Virus record (IMG/VR): IMGVR_UViG_3300037882_002110
Span: 1-54,623 of that record
DNA length: 54,623 bases
Strand: one strand, 5' to 3'
Source: a virus
Taxonomy: Duplodnaviria > Caudoviricetes
Every line of letters begins with the position of its first letter. Position 1 is the first letter of the stretch. Positions 16,830-26,204 of the stretch are shown here, one piece after another. Below the pieces are notes generated by a model. It saw nothing but the letters and a program-made list of their open reading frames with translations. It made no database searches and was not told the origin of the DNA. Made by a program: the position numbers and the translations under genes.

Positions 16830-19706
16830 TCAGATGGTCGGGGACTCCTTCTTGCAGACGGTGATTCGAACTGTCTGCTCCACCGTGTCGGTGTAGAAGA
16901 TGTCGTCTCCGAATGAAGCGGGGTCGATGGGCTTTTCGTCGATGATATTGGTGTGTACCACGTAGGCCATACCCATGTCAAGTACCATATCCCCGATATC
17001 GCGACGAAGCCCGTGACAAACAAAAACGAGAGAGTCCTCGGACACGGATTCTATCTCACTTTTAACGGCACCACCCCAAGAGCGTCCGATTTCAAAGTCG
17101 ATTCGTGTGGGGCAGATCATCCAGGGATGCGCGGTCTGGATGTTGTCCTCGCCGTGGAATTTCAAGATTCGCACCAGTTCGAAGATCTCGCCCGGATAAA
17201 CGTCAAGCTCCAAGGAGTCGTGCACCGTGGCCAGGAATCGCGTTCTCATGCCACGGTCGACCAGCTCTTTGCCTACTTTCTTGACCATGTCGAACACGAT
17301 GTCAGAGCCTGCGCTCTGGATGGGGTAGTTGACCGCTAAGCGCTTAGCTTCCGCGATCTCCCATTCTTTCTTCGAGAACGCTTGCGGGACCGGAATGACT
17401 CTGCCAAACATCGTCTGCACGGTGCCCGTTTTGAGTGTGAATTTCTCGACGGACTTTTTCCACGCGGCCAGATGTCCGGCCCCAGAATAGAAGTTCCGCA
17501 TGATGGAACCCGCTTCTTCCTTGGAGCACCCGATTTCGTCTGCTAGCCCTTCCTCGCCTTTGCCGTACAGGATGGCGAAGTTCACCCGTTTGCCAATAGA
17601 GCGCTGGACCGAGGTGACTTCTTCAGTCTTGCATTTGTAAATGACAGCAGCCGTGGCCGTGTGCGCGTCCACGCCTTGCTTGAACGGCTCGATGAAACTT
17701 GGTTCCTGGGCGACAGCGGCCACAACCCGAAGTTCGAGCTGGCTAAAGTCCACGGCCACGATGATTCCGCCGTCCTCCCTCCACCGAGACGAGATGAGCC
17801 TCTTGAGGTCGCACCTGTTGGGCATTGAGTGGAACGCGCTGGCGAGCCTTCCAGTCACAGTCCCGTTCAGTCTGAACTCAGGCTTGTAGAGTCCGTTGTG
17901 GGCCGAGTTCGGCATCGAATAGACGTAGTCCTTAAGCAGCTTCGATATGCGCTTGAACTCGGAAACTTTCTTCACGAAGAGCTTGGCCTCGCGCCATTTC
18001 GCAGCCTTGACCGGGTCCTTCTCTTCTAACGTTTCCAGATGGGTGTCGACGAGAACTTTGCTTAGAAAGAACCCTCTGGCGTCCTTGTTGAGGGACGGCA
18101 TTTTCTTCTCAGTCATGAAGTCTTCCATGGCTGGCAAAGCGTAAAACCTCTTGTCGTAGGCGATTTCGGAAACCTTAGCCGCGTTGTTCAAGTTGAAAGC
18201 GTTCTCCCGGAGCTGTTCCATGGAGACTGGTTTCTTCTTTTTGAGATTCGCCTCGATGAGAGGCGCGAGATAGGGAGCCGTATAGGCGTCGACGATGGGC
18301 AGAGCGTCGAGTTCGGCACGCTTGCGAACCAGATATTCGGTGTAAGAAGTCTCCAGGAACTTCCACGCCTCCATATCCATATACATCCCAGAAGTTTCGC
18401 AATCAGCGAACATAGGGATAGCCTCGGTCACAAACGCGGCCATCCTCTTTTGACCTTCAGGTATGACATGCTCGAAATGCTTAAACAGCAAGCGGTTGAA
18501 ATAGGAGTCGAGAGCCGCATACTCCCCTAGGACCGATGTAGGGATATTGGAGTAAGTCCGTTCTTTGATAAGCTTGAATTTCTTGAGGTACTCTTGGACC
18601 TGAAGTTCCCAGTCGTCTTTGACGTCGAAATACCTGCGGCAGAGACCCTTGAGAGAATTGTCGATTCCAAAGCCCATCGAGTTGAACTGAACCGACGAGT
18701 TGAAGGTATCGTTCAGAATCCTGATCTTGGATGCCTTCGCGACATTGTGATACAGAATCCAACGGATATCGAACAGAAGGTTGTGACCAACGATAGGGAT
18801 AGTCTCGATGACCTCCCCTATCTTGGACAGCAGCTTGGCCCGTTCCGACTCAGACACGTTGAACGGGGTCTCTGGGCACTTGAAGGATAGGTCCTTGTGG
18901 TGAACCACATTAGTGACCTCTAGAGGGATGGCGATGCCTCTGGAATCCGCGTCGTGGGCAAACGATGCCATGATGATTCGGCCATCCCAAGGGGTCAGGG
19001 CCGAAGTTTCAAGGTCAAAAATGACGTAGGAAATCTCGCCAGCCTTGTAGAGCCTCAAGGCTTCGTCCATGTAGGCCATGGAGTCGTCGGGATTCAAGGT
19101 GGCGAACCGTTCATTAGACTCTAGATTGTTGTGGTTCTTGCCATCCACCTGCAGGTGCTCTCCACCCCCTCTAAACACTCTGTCGATGTAGGTCTTGAGT
19201 TCGGAGGTCATCGCCGGAGATTTTTCGGCGTGTCGTGGGTCCAGGTTCACCGTGAGGTCGAATTTCACACCCCCAGCCGTAGCCGGTCTGGTGGAACCCC
19301 TGTCCTTGGTTATCTTGAATTCCTTATCCTTGAGCAGGGATTTGGCCACCAGCGCTCCAAAGCCCATGACCCGGGGTTTGGATTCGAACGACTGCAGTTC
19401 CATGCCCAGATAGTTCGAACATTGGGATATCTGTTTATCCGAAGGTTCGGCGAAGGACTCCCGGGAGATGGAATTCTCATACTTCGGACATTTGACCAAA
19501 TAGGTCAAATACCAGGAGTCATCATCCGGTAGCATGGCTCGAATCGACGTGGCCACGGGGCCCTCAAACGCCTTCCCGAAATCGTCTTTCTTTTCTGGAA
19601 ACGGAAGGATGAGAACCACATCTGGATTCGTGGAGTTCCCCATCCCAGCGGTTCTTGGGGTCTGGCATTGAGAAAAGAGACCACACTCTCTGCAAATCTT
19701 ATTCAT
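16830..19706 (-). CDS. polA: Family A DNA polymerase with N-terminal UDG-like domain and 3'-5' exonuclease
   Basis: CREC..YLTYLVKC UDG-like N-terminus; FDLETS exo I; DFSQLELR, RSIGKRVNFAILYG, VHDS motifs A/B/C. Confidence 0.95.
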   Translation of the reverse strand: MNKICRECGLFSQCQTPRTAGMGNSTNPDVVLILPFPEKKDDFGKAFEGPVATSIRAMLPDDDSWYLTYLVKCPKYENSISRESFAEPSDKQISQCSNYLGMELQSFESKPRVMGFGALVAKSLLKDKEFKITKDRGSTRPATAGGVKFDLTVNLDPRHAEKSPAMTSELKTYIDRVFRGGGEHLQVDGKNHNNLESNERFATLNPDDSMAYMDEALRLYKAGEISYVIFDLETSALTPWDGRIIMASFAHDADSRGIAIPLEVTNVVHHKDLSFKCPETPFNVSESERAKLLSKIGEVIETIPIVGHNLLFDIRWILYHNVAKASKIRILNDTFNSSVQFNSMGFGIDNSLKGLCRRYFDVKDDWELQVQEYLKKFKLIKERTYSNIPTSVLGEYAALDSYFNRLLFKHFEHVIPEGQKRMAAFVTEAIPMFADCETSGMYMDMEAWKFLETSYTEYLVRKRAELDALPIVDAYTAPYLAPLIEANLKKKKPVSMEQLRENAFNLNNAAKVSEIAYDKRFYALPAMEDFMTEKKMPSLNKDARGFFLSKVLVDTHLETLEEKDPVKAAKWREAKLFVKKVSEFKRISKLLKDYVYSMPNSAHNGLYKPEFRLNGTVTGRLASAFHSMPNRCDLKRLISSRWREDGGIIVAVDFSQLELRVVAAVAQEPSFIEPFKQGVDAHTATAAVIYKCKTEEVTSVQRSIGKRVNFAILYGKGEEGLADEIGCSKEEAGSIMRNFYSGAGHLAAWKKSVEKFTLKTGTVQTMFGRVIPVPQAFSKKEWEIAEAKRLAVNYPIQSAGSDIVFDMVKKVGKELVDRGMRTRFLATVHDSLELDVYPGEIFELVRILKFHGEDNIQTAHPWMICPTRIDFEIGRSWGGAVKSEIESVSEDSLVFVCHGLRRDIGDMVLDMGMAYVVHTNIIDEKPIDPASFGDDIFYTDTVEQTVRITVCKKESPTI

Positions 19707-21021
19707 ATCCAGACTCCAATTCCACAAACGAACATATGCTCATATCTCTTTTAGCTCGAATTTTGGTTTTGCCCTTTCCGCGTCTGACCATATCAACGAA
19801 CAAGATGCCGTTGTCAGATTCGTCGGTGAAGTTCAGGGTAGTGATGGAATACAGCAGGTGGGCCTTTTTTGCCGAGTGGGCCAGATTGTCAGCCTTCAGA
19901 AGCTTGTCCTGGTTGGCGTTATCCCAGGAGTCTCGTTGGGGCTGGGCGAAGGTGACGATTGGACACTTCAGAGAGTCTGCCAGCGAGATGAGGTCCATGT
20001 AGATCTTGCCAGAGTTCTCATACATAGACTCGTCTTTGCCCCCAGACGGAATCAAAAGGTCGTCGTAATCTATGAGAACGATGTCTGGCTTCTGACCAGT
20101 CTTGGTCATGACCTTCGTTATCCAAGCCCGGATGGTCGTCGTGTTGATAGTGTTCGGCGACCAGTAGTTCATGTAAAGGTTGGGCTTGACCTTGTTGTAC
20201 TTGTTCATCCGCTGGGCATACTGCGGGTTGTTCTCCGAGATGATATCGTCGATGGTCATCTCGGTCATGTTCATCGCATACTTCATCGCCAAGTCAATAA
20301 GCTTGATTTCGAGCGAGATATGGAAGACGACCTTACCGGCTTTCAGGTTGGCTGCACCGATGCAAACCCCTAGACTCGTTTTGCCGCTCTTGGGAGGAGC
20401 GCAACACACGTGAAGTTCCCCAGCCCCGAAGCCCCCCATCAGGCAGTCATCCCAAGACGGGAACCCTGTGGTGCAAAGCTTCGACCGGTCGTAGGCCAGT
20501 CTGTAAATTTCTGGCAAAGAAGCGAGGTCCTTGAATTCCATCCCGACTCGGTTACCGACCCCGACCGCTACCGCATCGTCGATGAGTTTGATGCATCTCT
20601 CGTAAGGCTGGTTCTGTTCGAACACCTCGACGGACTTGTAGAGAGCGATCTTCAGGGCCTGCCTGCGAACGAACGAAATCATGGACTCAATGACGGAGCG
20701 GTCGGACCCAACGTCCACCTTGGCTATCACCCTGGCTTCGGTCGCGAGTTCCTTGGCCATGGCGGAGTTCACATCGCGCCCGTGCATGATGTATTCTTCG
20801 ACCTTGACCGACAGGAGGTCCGAATCTATTGGTGTCTCGTAGGTGTAGACGTGGTTTTTGATTAGCTCCAGCAGGATTCTGCAAGGGGACGTTTCGAAGT
20901 ATTCTGGCTTGAGTTCCGACCCATATTGGTGTGCAAAGGTCACATCAGACATCAGAAGCCTGAGGACCCGTCGCTGGAACTCAAGCGAATACATAGACTC
21001 GACAAGGTCTTCACTATCCAC
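19699..21021 (-). CDS. Replicative DNA helicase (DnaB/T4 gp41-like)
   Basis: APPKSGKT Walker A, HISLE, IVLIDY, TFAQ. Confidence 0.9.
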   Translation of the reverse strand: MDSEDLVESMYSLEFQRRVLRLLMSDVTFAHQYGSELKPEYFETSPCRILLELIKNHVYTYETPIDSDLLSVKVEEYIMHGRDVNSAMAKELATEARVIAKVDVGSDRSVIESMISFVRRQALKIALYKSVEVFEQNQPYERCIKLIDDAVAVGVGNRVGMEFKDLASLPEIYRLAYDRSKLCTTGFPSWDDCLMGGFGAGELHVCCAPPKSGKTSLGVCIGAANLKAGKVVFHISLEIKLIDLAMKYAMNMTEMTIDDIISENNPQYAQRMNKYNKVKPNLYMNYWSPNTINTTTIRAWITKVMTKTGQKPDIVLIDYDDLLIPSGGKDESMYENSGKIYMDLISLADSLKCPIVTFAQPQRDSWDNANQDKLLKADNLAHSAKKAHLLYSITTLNFTDESDNGILFVDMVRRGKGKTKIRAKRDMSICSFVELESGYE

Positions 21022-21100
21022 GTGCCGCGACTCCTTGGAACAGAGCCAGGGTCAAAAGAAGACGGAGTTTAAAGAGTTCAGCTTCCCTGGGGGTCAGCAT
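21014..21100 (-). CDS. 28-aa mini-ORF between primase and helicase
   Basis: AAGGAG RBS then ATG; overlaps the helicase start. Confidence 0.35.
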   Translation of the reverse strand: MLTPREAELFKLRLLLTLALFQGVAARG

Positions 21101-21137
21101 TTTAGGCTCCTTTGAGGGTGGTCCACAGAGAAAACGT

Positions 21138-22067
21138 TTACATGTGGACACGACGAGCTGTTCGGACAAGAGACTTGAACTCTCTGGTTGAAAGCTCATC
21201 TGGGTCTTTGCCGAGCGGCAGGATGACCGAGTTCACTTTGAACCCGGCCTGCAGAAATCTTCGATGCATTCGATTCCGAGTCTGGACAGTCACGTCCTCG
21301 GTCCCGTCGAGACAAACATAAACTTCATCCGACCTCGACCGTAGCTTGGATATCTGTATGTCGGTCAAGTTCTTTCCCAAGAGGCAGACGGCGGGAATCC
21401 CTGTGGACCTATGGACCGCGATCGCGGATATGATACCCTCGCAAAGAATGAAAGGGTCGGAAGTCACAGAATCCAGACCATAGATCACACCCGATTTGTC
21501 TCCGACCGAGTTCAGATACTTAATATTGGCATCAATATAGCTACGACCAACGACGTAGGTGACTTCTCCGTCTTCCACGAATGGGAACAGAACGCGCCCT
21601 GACCACCTGGAGACCTTCGTCTCGCCCTCGAAATAGGTCACCCCTGTTCGGAGACCATACTTTTCTATCTCAGCGTCGGTGAACCTACGCTTCTTGGTCA
21701 TGAAGTCATAGGCTATTGGTGTCTTCTCTTTGGTCAGAGGCAGAGAAATCAGGTCTAAATCGAATTTGACCGTAGGGAATTTTGGTCCTAGGAGTCTGGC
21801 TTTCAGGGTGGACAGGTTCTCGGAAACCGCATTGCTGTCCTGAGCAGCCAGCCCGAGTTCCCTGATGGCACCCCTAGATTCGCATCTGTAGCAGAAGAAA
21901 AGGCCCTTCCGGACATTCACTGTCAGGTTCTTGTGGGTGACCCGATGCCCCAGAGACTCGCAAAATGGACAGTATGACCTGACCTCCCCCTTGGGAGATA
22001 TTTCGCCTAAGCTAGCTAGGTCAAATGGTGCCATCGTTTGGTCCGAACTCTCTTTCAAGGTATTCAA
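21138..22067 (-). CDS. DNA primase (Zn finger + TOPRIM)
   Basis: CPFC..CYRC; KYLNS; LCEG; CLDG; KDPDE; exact start uncertain. Confidence 0.9.
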   Translation of the reverse strand: MNTLKESSDQTMAPFDLASLGEISPKGEVRSYCPFCESLGHRVTHKNLTVNVRKGLFFCYRCESRGAIRELGLAAQDSNAVSENLSTLKARLLGPKFPTVKFDLDLISLPLTKEKTPIAYDFMTKKRRFTDAEIEKYGLRTGVTYFEGETKVSRWSGRVLFPFVEDGEVTYVVGRSYIDANIKYLNSVGDKSGVIYGLDSVTSDPFILCEGIISAIAVHRSTGIPAVCLLGKNLTDIQISKLRSRSDEVYVCLDGTEDVTVQTRNRMHRRFLQAGFKVNSVILPLGKDPDELSTREFKSLVRTARRVHM

Positions 22068-22968
22068 GCGGATGAAGCAGGAACTCGCGTTCTCTGATGA
22101 GAGAAGTCTCTAAAGAAGCGAACGCGTCGGTGCAAATAGTAAAACTAAGTCCAGACTGCTGGAACCCGGTCACTATCCGCTTCATATCGGCCACCGAGCG
22201 GACAGCGCCCGAAGCTAGGTTCGACGACGGACACACCTCGAACATAATCTCACGGCTTTTAGCAGCTTCCACGAGGTCAGGGGACTTTAGTATCCAAATC
22301 CCATGCCCGATACGCCTCACGTTAAGCTCATGGATGACATAGTCAAGCTCGGACTCGGTGGCATCCGTTAAGACTTCACCCGCGTGACAGGTAGTTTCTA
22401 AACCTTTGTCCGACGCTTGATGAAAAAGCGCCCTGAAATTCTCGTAGGGCTGGACACCGTAAGGCCCAGCAAGATCTATGGCCCTCACTCCGTCCGAGGA
22501 TTTGTATTTGATGGCTTTAGCCAAGATGGCTTCATTCTCGTTCTGGGTGCAGTCGGTACCCATGCAAAAGGCCAAACTACCGGATATACCGTAAGTCCAA
22601 CAAGCTCTCCTCATCCCGGACAGAGCAGACTGGATAATGGCGTCGAGGTCGATTTGTCCCTTAAGGGACCTCTTGACCGGATTGAAGCGAACTTCGAGAA
22701 CGTCGACTCCAGACAGAGCGGCATGTTTGAAGGCGTTAAACGACGACAGCTCCACACCCATAGGGGAGGACTGCAGACGGTCTATCTCATGGAGGAGTGA
22801 CAGATATACTTCCAGAGATTCCCTTTTGCCCATCTGCATTGTCCGGGCGAATTCTTTGTAGGTCCGAACTGAAAGCTTGACCCCAGATTCAACGACAATC
22901 TCCCAAAGAGCGTCAGAAGAGACAGAGCCTGAGAGGTGCGCGTGAGTATCTATATTCAAAGCGGACAT
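22021..22968 (-). CDS. add: Adenosine/AMP deaminase family protein
   Basis: HAHLSGS, EVRFNP, IDLAG, HAGE, RRIGHG, EVCPSSN, CTD. Confidence 0.92.
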   Translation of the reverse strand: MSALNIDTHAHLSGSVSSDALWEIVVESGVKLSVRTYKEFARTMQMGKRESLEVYLSLLHEIDRLQSSPMGVELSSFNAFKHAALSGVDVLEVRFNPVKRSLKGQIDLDAIIQSALSGMRRACWTYGISGSLAFCMGTDCTQNENEAILAKAIKYKSSDGVRAIDLAGPYGVQPYENFRALFHQASDKGLETTCHAGEVLTDATESELDYVIHELNVRRIGHGIWILKSPDLVEAAKSREIMFEVCPSSNLASGAVRSVADMKRIVTGFQQSGLSFTICTDAFASLETSLIREREFLLHPLEYLEREFGPNDGTI

Positions 22969-22973
22969 ATAGA

Positions 22974-24614
22974 TTAAACTTCCTTGTCGTTGTGAGAAGC
23001 TATTTGACGCCAGAATTCTTTGTCGTCTGTCAGAATAGTGGCTCCAACCTGTTTGTACAGATGAAGCCGGGTTCGGGAATGATTCAGCAAAAACCCGTGA
23101 CTTTTGTCCATGTAGTCGAGGACGTAGACCCGATTGAGGCCAGATTTTTTCTTACGAACCCCTCGACCCAGTCTTTGCAGAGACTTGATGGCAGATTTGC
23201 CCCCACCAGCCAGGATCACGGCCCCAATGGAGGGAATGTTGAAACCCGTATCTAGAGCCGACGACCCTATCAGGATATCGATTTCACCCCCGGCCACCTG
23301 ATAACGAACTGAATCGTAGTCGATAGGGGAATCTTCGACCTGACCCAAGGGGTCGACAATAAGGCCCTTAGAGCCCCCGAACGCGCAAACTACCCTGACT
23401 TGCCTCAAAGCCTCCATCAGGGTCCGGGCATGTTCCAGACGTTGCACCAGGATCAGGACTTGATGGCCCCATTTGACCATTTCCAGCGCGGATTTCACTA
23501 TATGCAAATTCCTGTCCCTGGACTGAACGATATTTTCGTCGTAGACCTTCTGAAAGTTGAAGCCCGACGACGTGGGAGAGCCGATAGGCTTGAAACACAT
23601 CACGGGTTCCGCGATGTATCCGTTGTCGATCAGGAATTTGTAGTCTATGGAGAAAATGGGGCCACCGGACATAGCCCAAACCATGGCATCGCCAGGGTCT
23701 TTGGTGGGGTCCTCGTTGAGGAACGGAGAACCCGTCATAGCTATCTTAAACTTGTACTCGTGACAATGCTTTACGATAGAAGAAACCGACTCCGACCGCA
23801 TCCCGTGCCCTTCGTCTATGACGAAAGTGTCTGCAGCTTCAAGGAGTTCCAGAGTCTTCGGGTCGTTGGCCTTGATTCCCGAAGCCAGCGACTGGAACGT
23901 GGCTACGGTTATCAGATTTCCCTTCTTAGACCTACCGTCCCAGGACGACACTCTGGATTCGAATAGCGGCTCTACCTTGAAATCGTCCACGAACTGGTGA
24001 ATCAGGGCCGTGGTCGGGACCACCACAACGGCCCTTTTGGACGAGGTCAGGTCTCCCCTGTCCAAAAGAGTCTTTAGGAAGCCTATTGCGCAAAGGGTCT
24101 TTCCAGCCGACGTGGGGAGGACGAGTATCCCAGATTTATGGGTAACTGCAGCGTTGATAGCAGCCACCTGATATGGATACAGCGAGAACTCCCCGACTTG
24201 GAGTTCGGATAGTTTCAGCCTGTCCTTGGGTGTGGGTTCCACGTCGTCGACGAGTTCGACCGGATACGGGGATTTTTTCTTGATGAGAGAATACAAATTC
24301 TTGTAGGTCTTCAGATTGTCCAAGGACCCCCAGACCAGACGAATCTGGACCATGCGAGTGACTTGAAATATAGGAAGAGCCTGTTCGGCAGGCGACCCCG
24401 GTTCTCTGAAATAGACCTTGTTCCCGAGAATCCGAGTCACTTTACAAATCTGATTTCGCTTAGAACCCTGAGAAGGCTTGATATAGTCTTCCGGCAATAG
24501 GTCCTTGAGAGTCCCCTCTCTGACATACCAAGTGAAGGTAGCGTTCAGGAAGCTGACCTCGGCGTCGGTGGCTTCTATCAACCTTATCAGGTAGCCCTTA
24601 GCTTTGAATTTCAC
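22974..24614 (-). CDS. uvsW: UvsW-like SF2 helicase
   Basis: LPTSAGKT, DEGH, MTGSP, QRLGRGVR. Confidence 0.88.
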   Translation of the reverse strand: MKFKAKGYLIRLIEATDAEVSFLNATFTWYVREGTLKDLLPEDYIKPSQGSKRNQICKVTRILGNKVYFREPGSPAEQALPIFQVTRMVQIRLVWGSLDNLKTYKNLYSLIKKKSPYPVELVDDVEPTPKDRLKLSELQVGEFSLYPYQVAAINAAVTHKSGILVLPTSAGKTLCAIGFLKTLLDRGDLTSSKRAVVVVPTTALIHQFVDDFKVEPLFESRVSSWDGRSKKGNLITVATFQSLASGIKANDPKTLELLEAADTFVIDEGHGMRSESVSSIVKHCHEYKFKIAMTGSPFLNEDPTKDPGDAMVWAMSGGPIFSIDYKFLIDNGYIAEPVMCFKPIGSPTSSGFNFQKVYDENIVQSRDRNLHIVKSALEMVKWGHQVLILVQRLEHARTLMEALRQVRVVCAFGGSKGLIVDPLGQVEDSPIDYDSVRYQVAGGEIDILIGSSALDTGFNIPSIGAVILAGGGKSAIKSLQRLGRGVRKKKSGLNRVYVLDYMDKSHGFLLNHSRTRLHLYKQVGATILTDDKEFWRQIASHNDKEV

Positions 24615-25927
24615 TTGGCCGCGTCCAGGAGGATTTGAGCAGCCTCCTTTTCCTTCTCTGTAAGCAGAGTTTGCTGCTTGCCGAAGAACTTCATCTCGTA
24701 GGCCCAGATTTTGACGATGTTCTTAATCTTGGTCAACGGAGACAGAGCGGCAAAATGCATGTAGATCTTGTAGTCCGACCACTCTTTGATGATAGGGAGT
24801 TCTTCACACTTCTTCCGGTAGATGCGTGAGGTCTGGATGTTAAGGTCCAGCATTTTGGGTTCGTCCACAGGTTCCTTGGCGTAAGAATCCGGCCAGGACA
24901 CTGTCAGGAAGTTGCCGTTGGGCTTGAATATCGCGTTTTTGCGGAGGAATGCCCACTGGGTTTCCCAAATGTCCACCCCTTCTTCGGGGTTGAGGAAATA
25001 AACCAGATCGTAGTCCTTCATGCCGGTGAGCTTGTTCTTAATCATCTTGATAGAACACTCGTAAAACCGCTTTTTGGACCCATCCTCGTAAGTCACTTCC
25101 TTGGCAGTCTTGGCTGAAGACACCATACCCCGAATAGAAGCGTAGTGCTTGATCCCGTAGCCACCCGAAGAGTCCAGGACAGGGCCGTGACGGGAGAACG
25201 TTCCGACTTGCGTTGTCACCTGATTCACCACGATGAAACAGGAATGGGTCAAACCAAGCTCGGTCGTGATGTCTCTGAACATCTCACGAATCTTACGGGG
25301 TTTCTCCATCATGCCACCGGGGTTCATGGCCTTTTCTTTGGAGTCGTCATCCTCGTCGTCCGTCGACCCTTTGACCTTCTTTTTGGCTGTCTGGAAAGAG
25401 GCTTCTTTGGTCTTCTCGGTGGTGACAGCCGCGATTGTGTCCCACACGATGAGGAGCTTCATGTTCTTTTTGACTATGCAGCGCTGCAGGAACTCTTTAA
25501 TCTTGGTGTGACCACCCTCGACCGTGTCGGTCTCGTGAAAGACGAACCTGTCGATAGGGCACCCCATGTAGGAGGCTCGAACCTTGTCGATGGCAGACTC
25601 AGACTCTATCCAGAGAACCGCATATCTGTCATCGTTTCTGGCCTTCCAATAGTTGGCGAAAGCTTTGGTGAACTCTTGGGCCAGGGTACTCTTTCCGGAC
25701 GATTCTTTCCCAAAAAGCTCGACAACTTTACCCCCAGGCAGTCCACCGCCGAATGGGATGTCGATCGGTGGGCAATTGAGGGGAAACATGTGGACAAGGT
25801 CCGAGGACAATTCCTCCTGAAAGGTCTTGACCTCGTCGTCTCCATCCAAAAAGTCAGACATGGAAAAGTCTGCAGCTTCTTGGGGTTCAGGAATTGGGTC
25901 TTTGGCTTTCGCTTTCTTAGTCGCCAT
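24611..25927 (-). CDS. recA: RecA/UvsX-like recombinase
   Basis: GGGLPGGKVVELFGKESSGKST, ESE, IVWDT, VNQV, SGG.GIKHYAS. Confidence 0.92.
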   Translation of the reverse strand: MATKKAKAKDPIPEPQEAADFSMSDFLDGDDEVKTFQEELSSDLVHMFPLNCPPIDIPFGGGLPGGKVVELFGKESSGKSTLAQEFTKAFANYWKARNDDRYAVLWIESESAIDKVRASYMGCPIDRFVFHETDTVEGGHTKIKEFLQRCIVKKNMKLLIVWDTIAAVTTEKTKEASFQTAKKKVKGSTDDEDDDSKEKAMNPGGMMEKPRKIREMFRDITTELGLTHSCFIVVNQVTTQVGTFSRHGPVLDSSGGYGIKHYASIRGMVSSAKTAKEVTYEDGSKKRFYECSIKMIKNKLTGMKDYDLVYFLNPEEGVDIWETQWAFLRKNAIFKPNGNFLTVSWPDSYAKEPVDEPKMLDLNIQTSRIYRKKCEELPIIKEWSDYKIYMHFAALSPLTKIKNIVKIWAYEMKFFGKQQTLLTEKEKEAAQILLDAAK

Positions 25928-25930
25928 ATT

Positions 25931-26200
25931 TCAACTAGACCTCTTTGAAGACAAAGACAAAAATTCCGCTTGCCGAATCGAATGGTAGTTGTCCAAGAAA
26001 TAATCAAGCGAGCAGGTCAGGACCCCAAAGTTCGTGGATTTGGGGTCGTTGTCGACTCTGGGGATAATCCCATGGAAATCGTCGATTATCACACAGGTGT
26101 TGGCTGTGACCTCTGGGGTCGTCAAATCCAAGAGGTCGGGATGGCGACGGGCGATTTCCGTTGCCTGGAACTCAGTACACTTAATGAACTTGACTTTCAT
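25931..26200 (-). CDS. Hypothetical protein
   Basis: ATG 26200 just after the dUTPase stop. Confidence 0.6.
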   Translation of the reverse strand: MKVKFIKCTEFQATEIARRHPDLLDLTTPEVTANTCVIIDDFHGIIPRVDNDPKSTNFGVLTCSLDYFLDNYHSIRQAEFLSLSSKRSS

Positions 26201-26204
26201 AATC

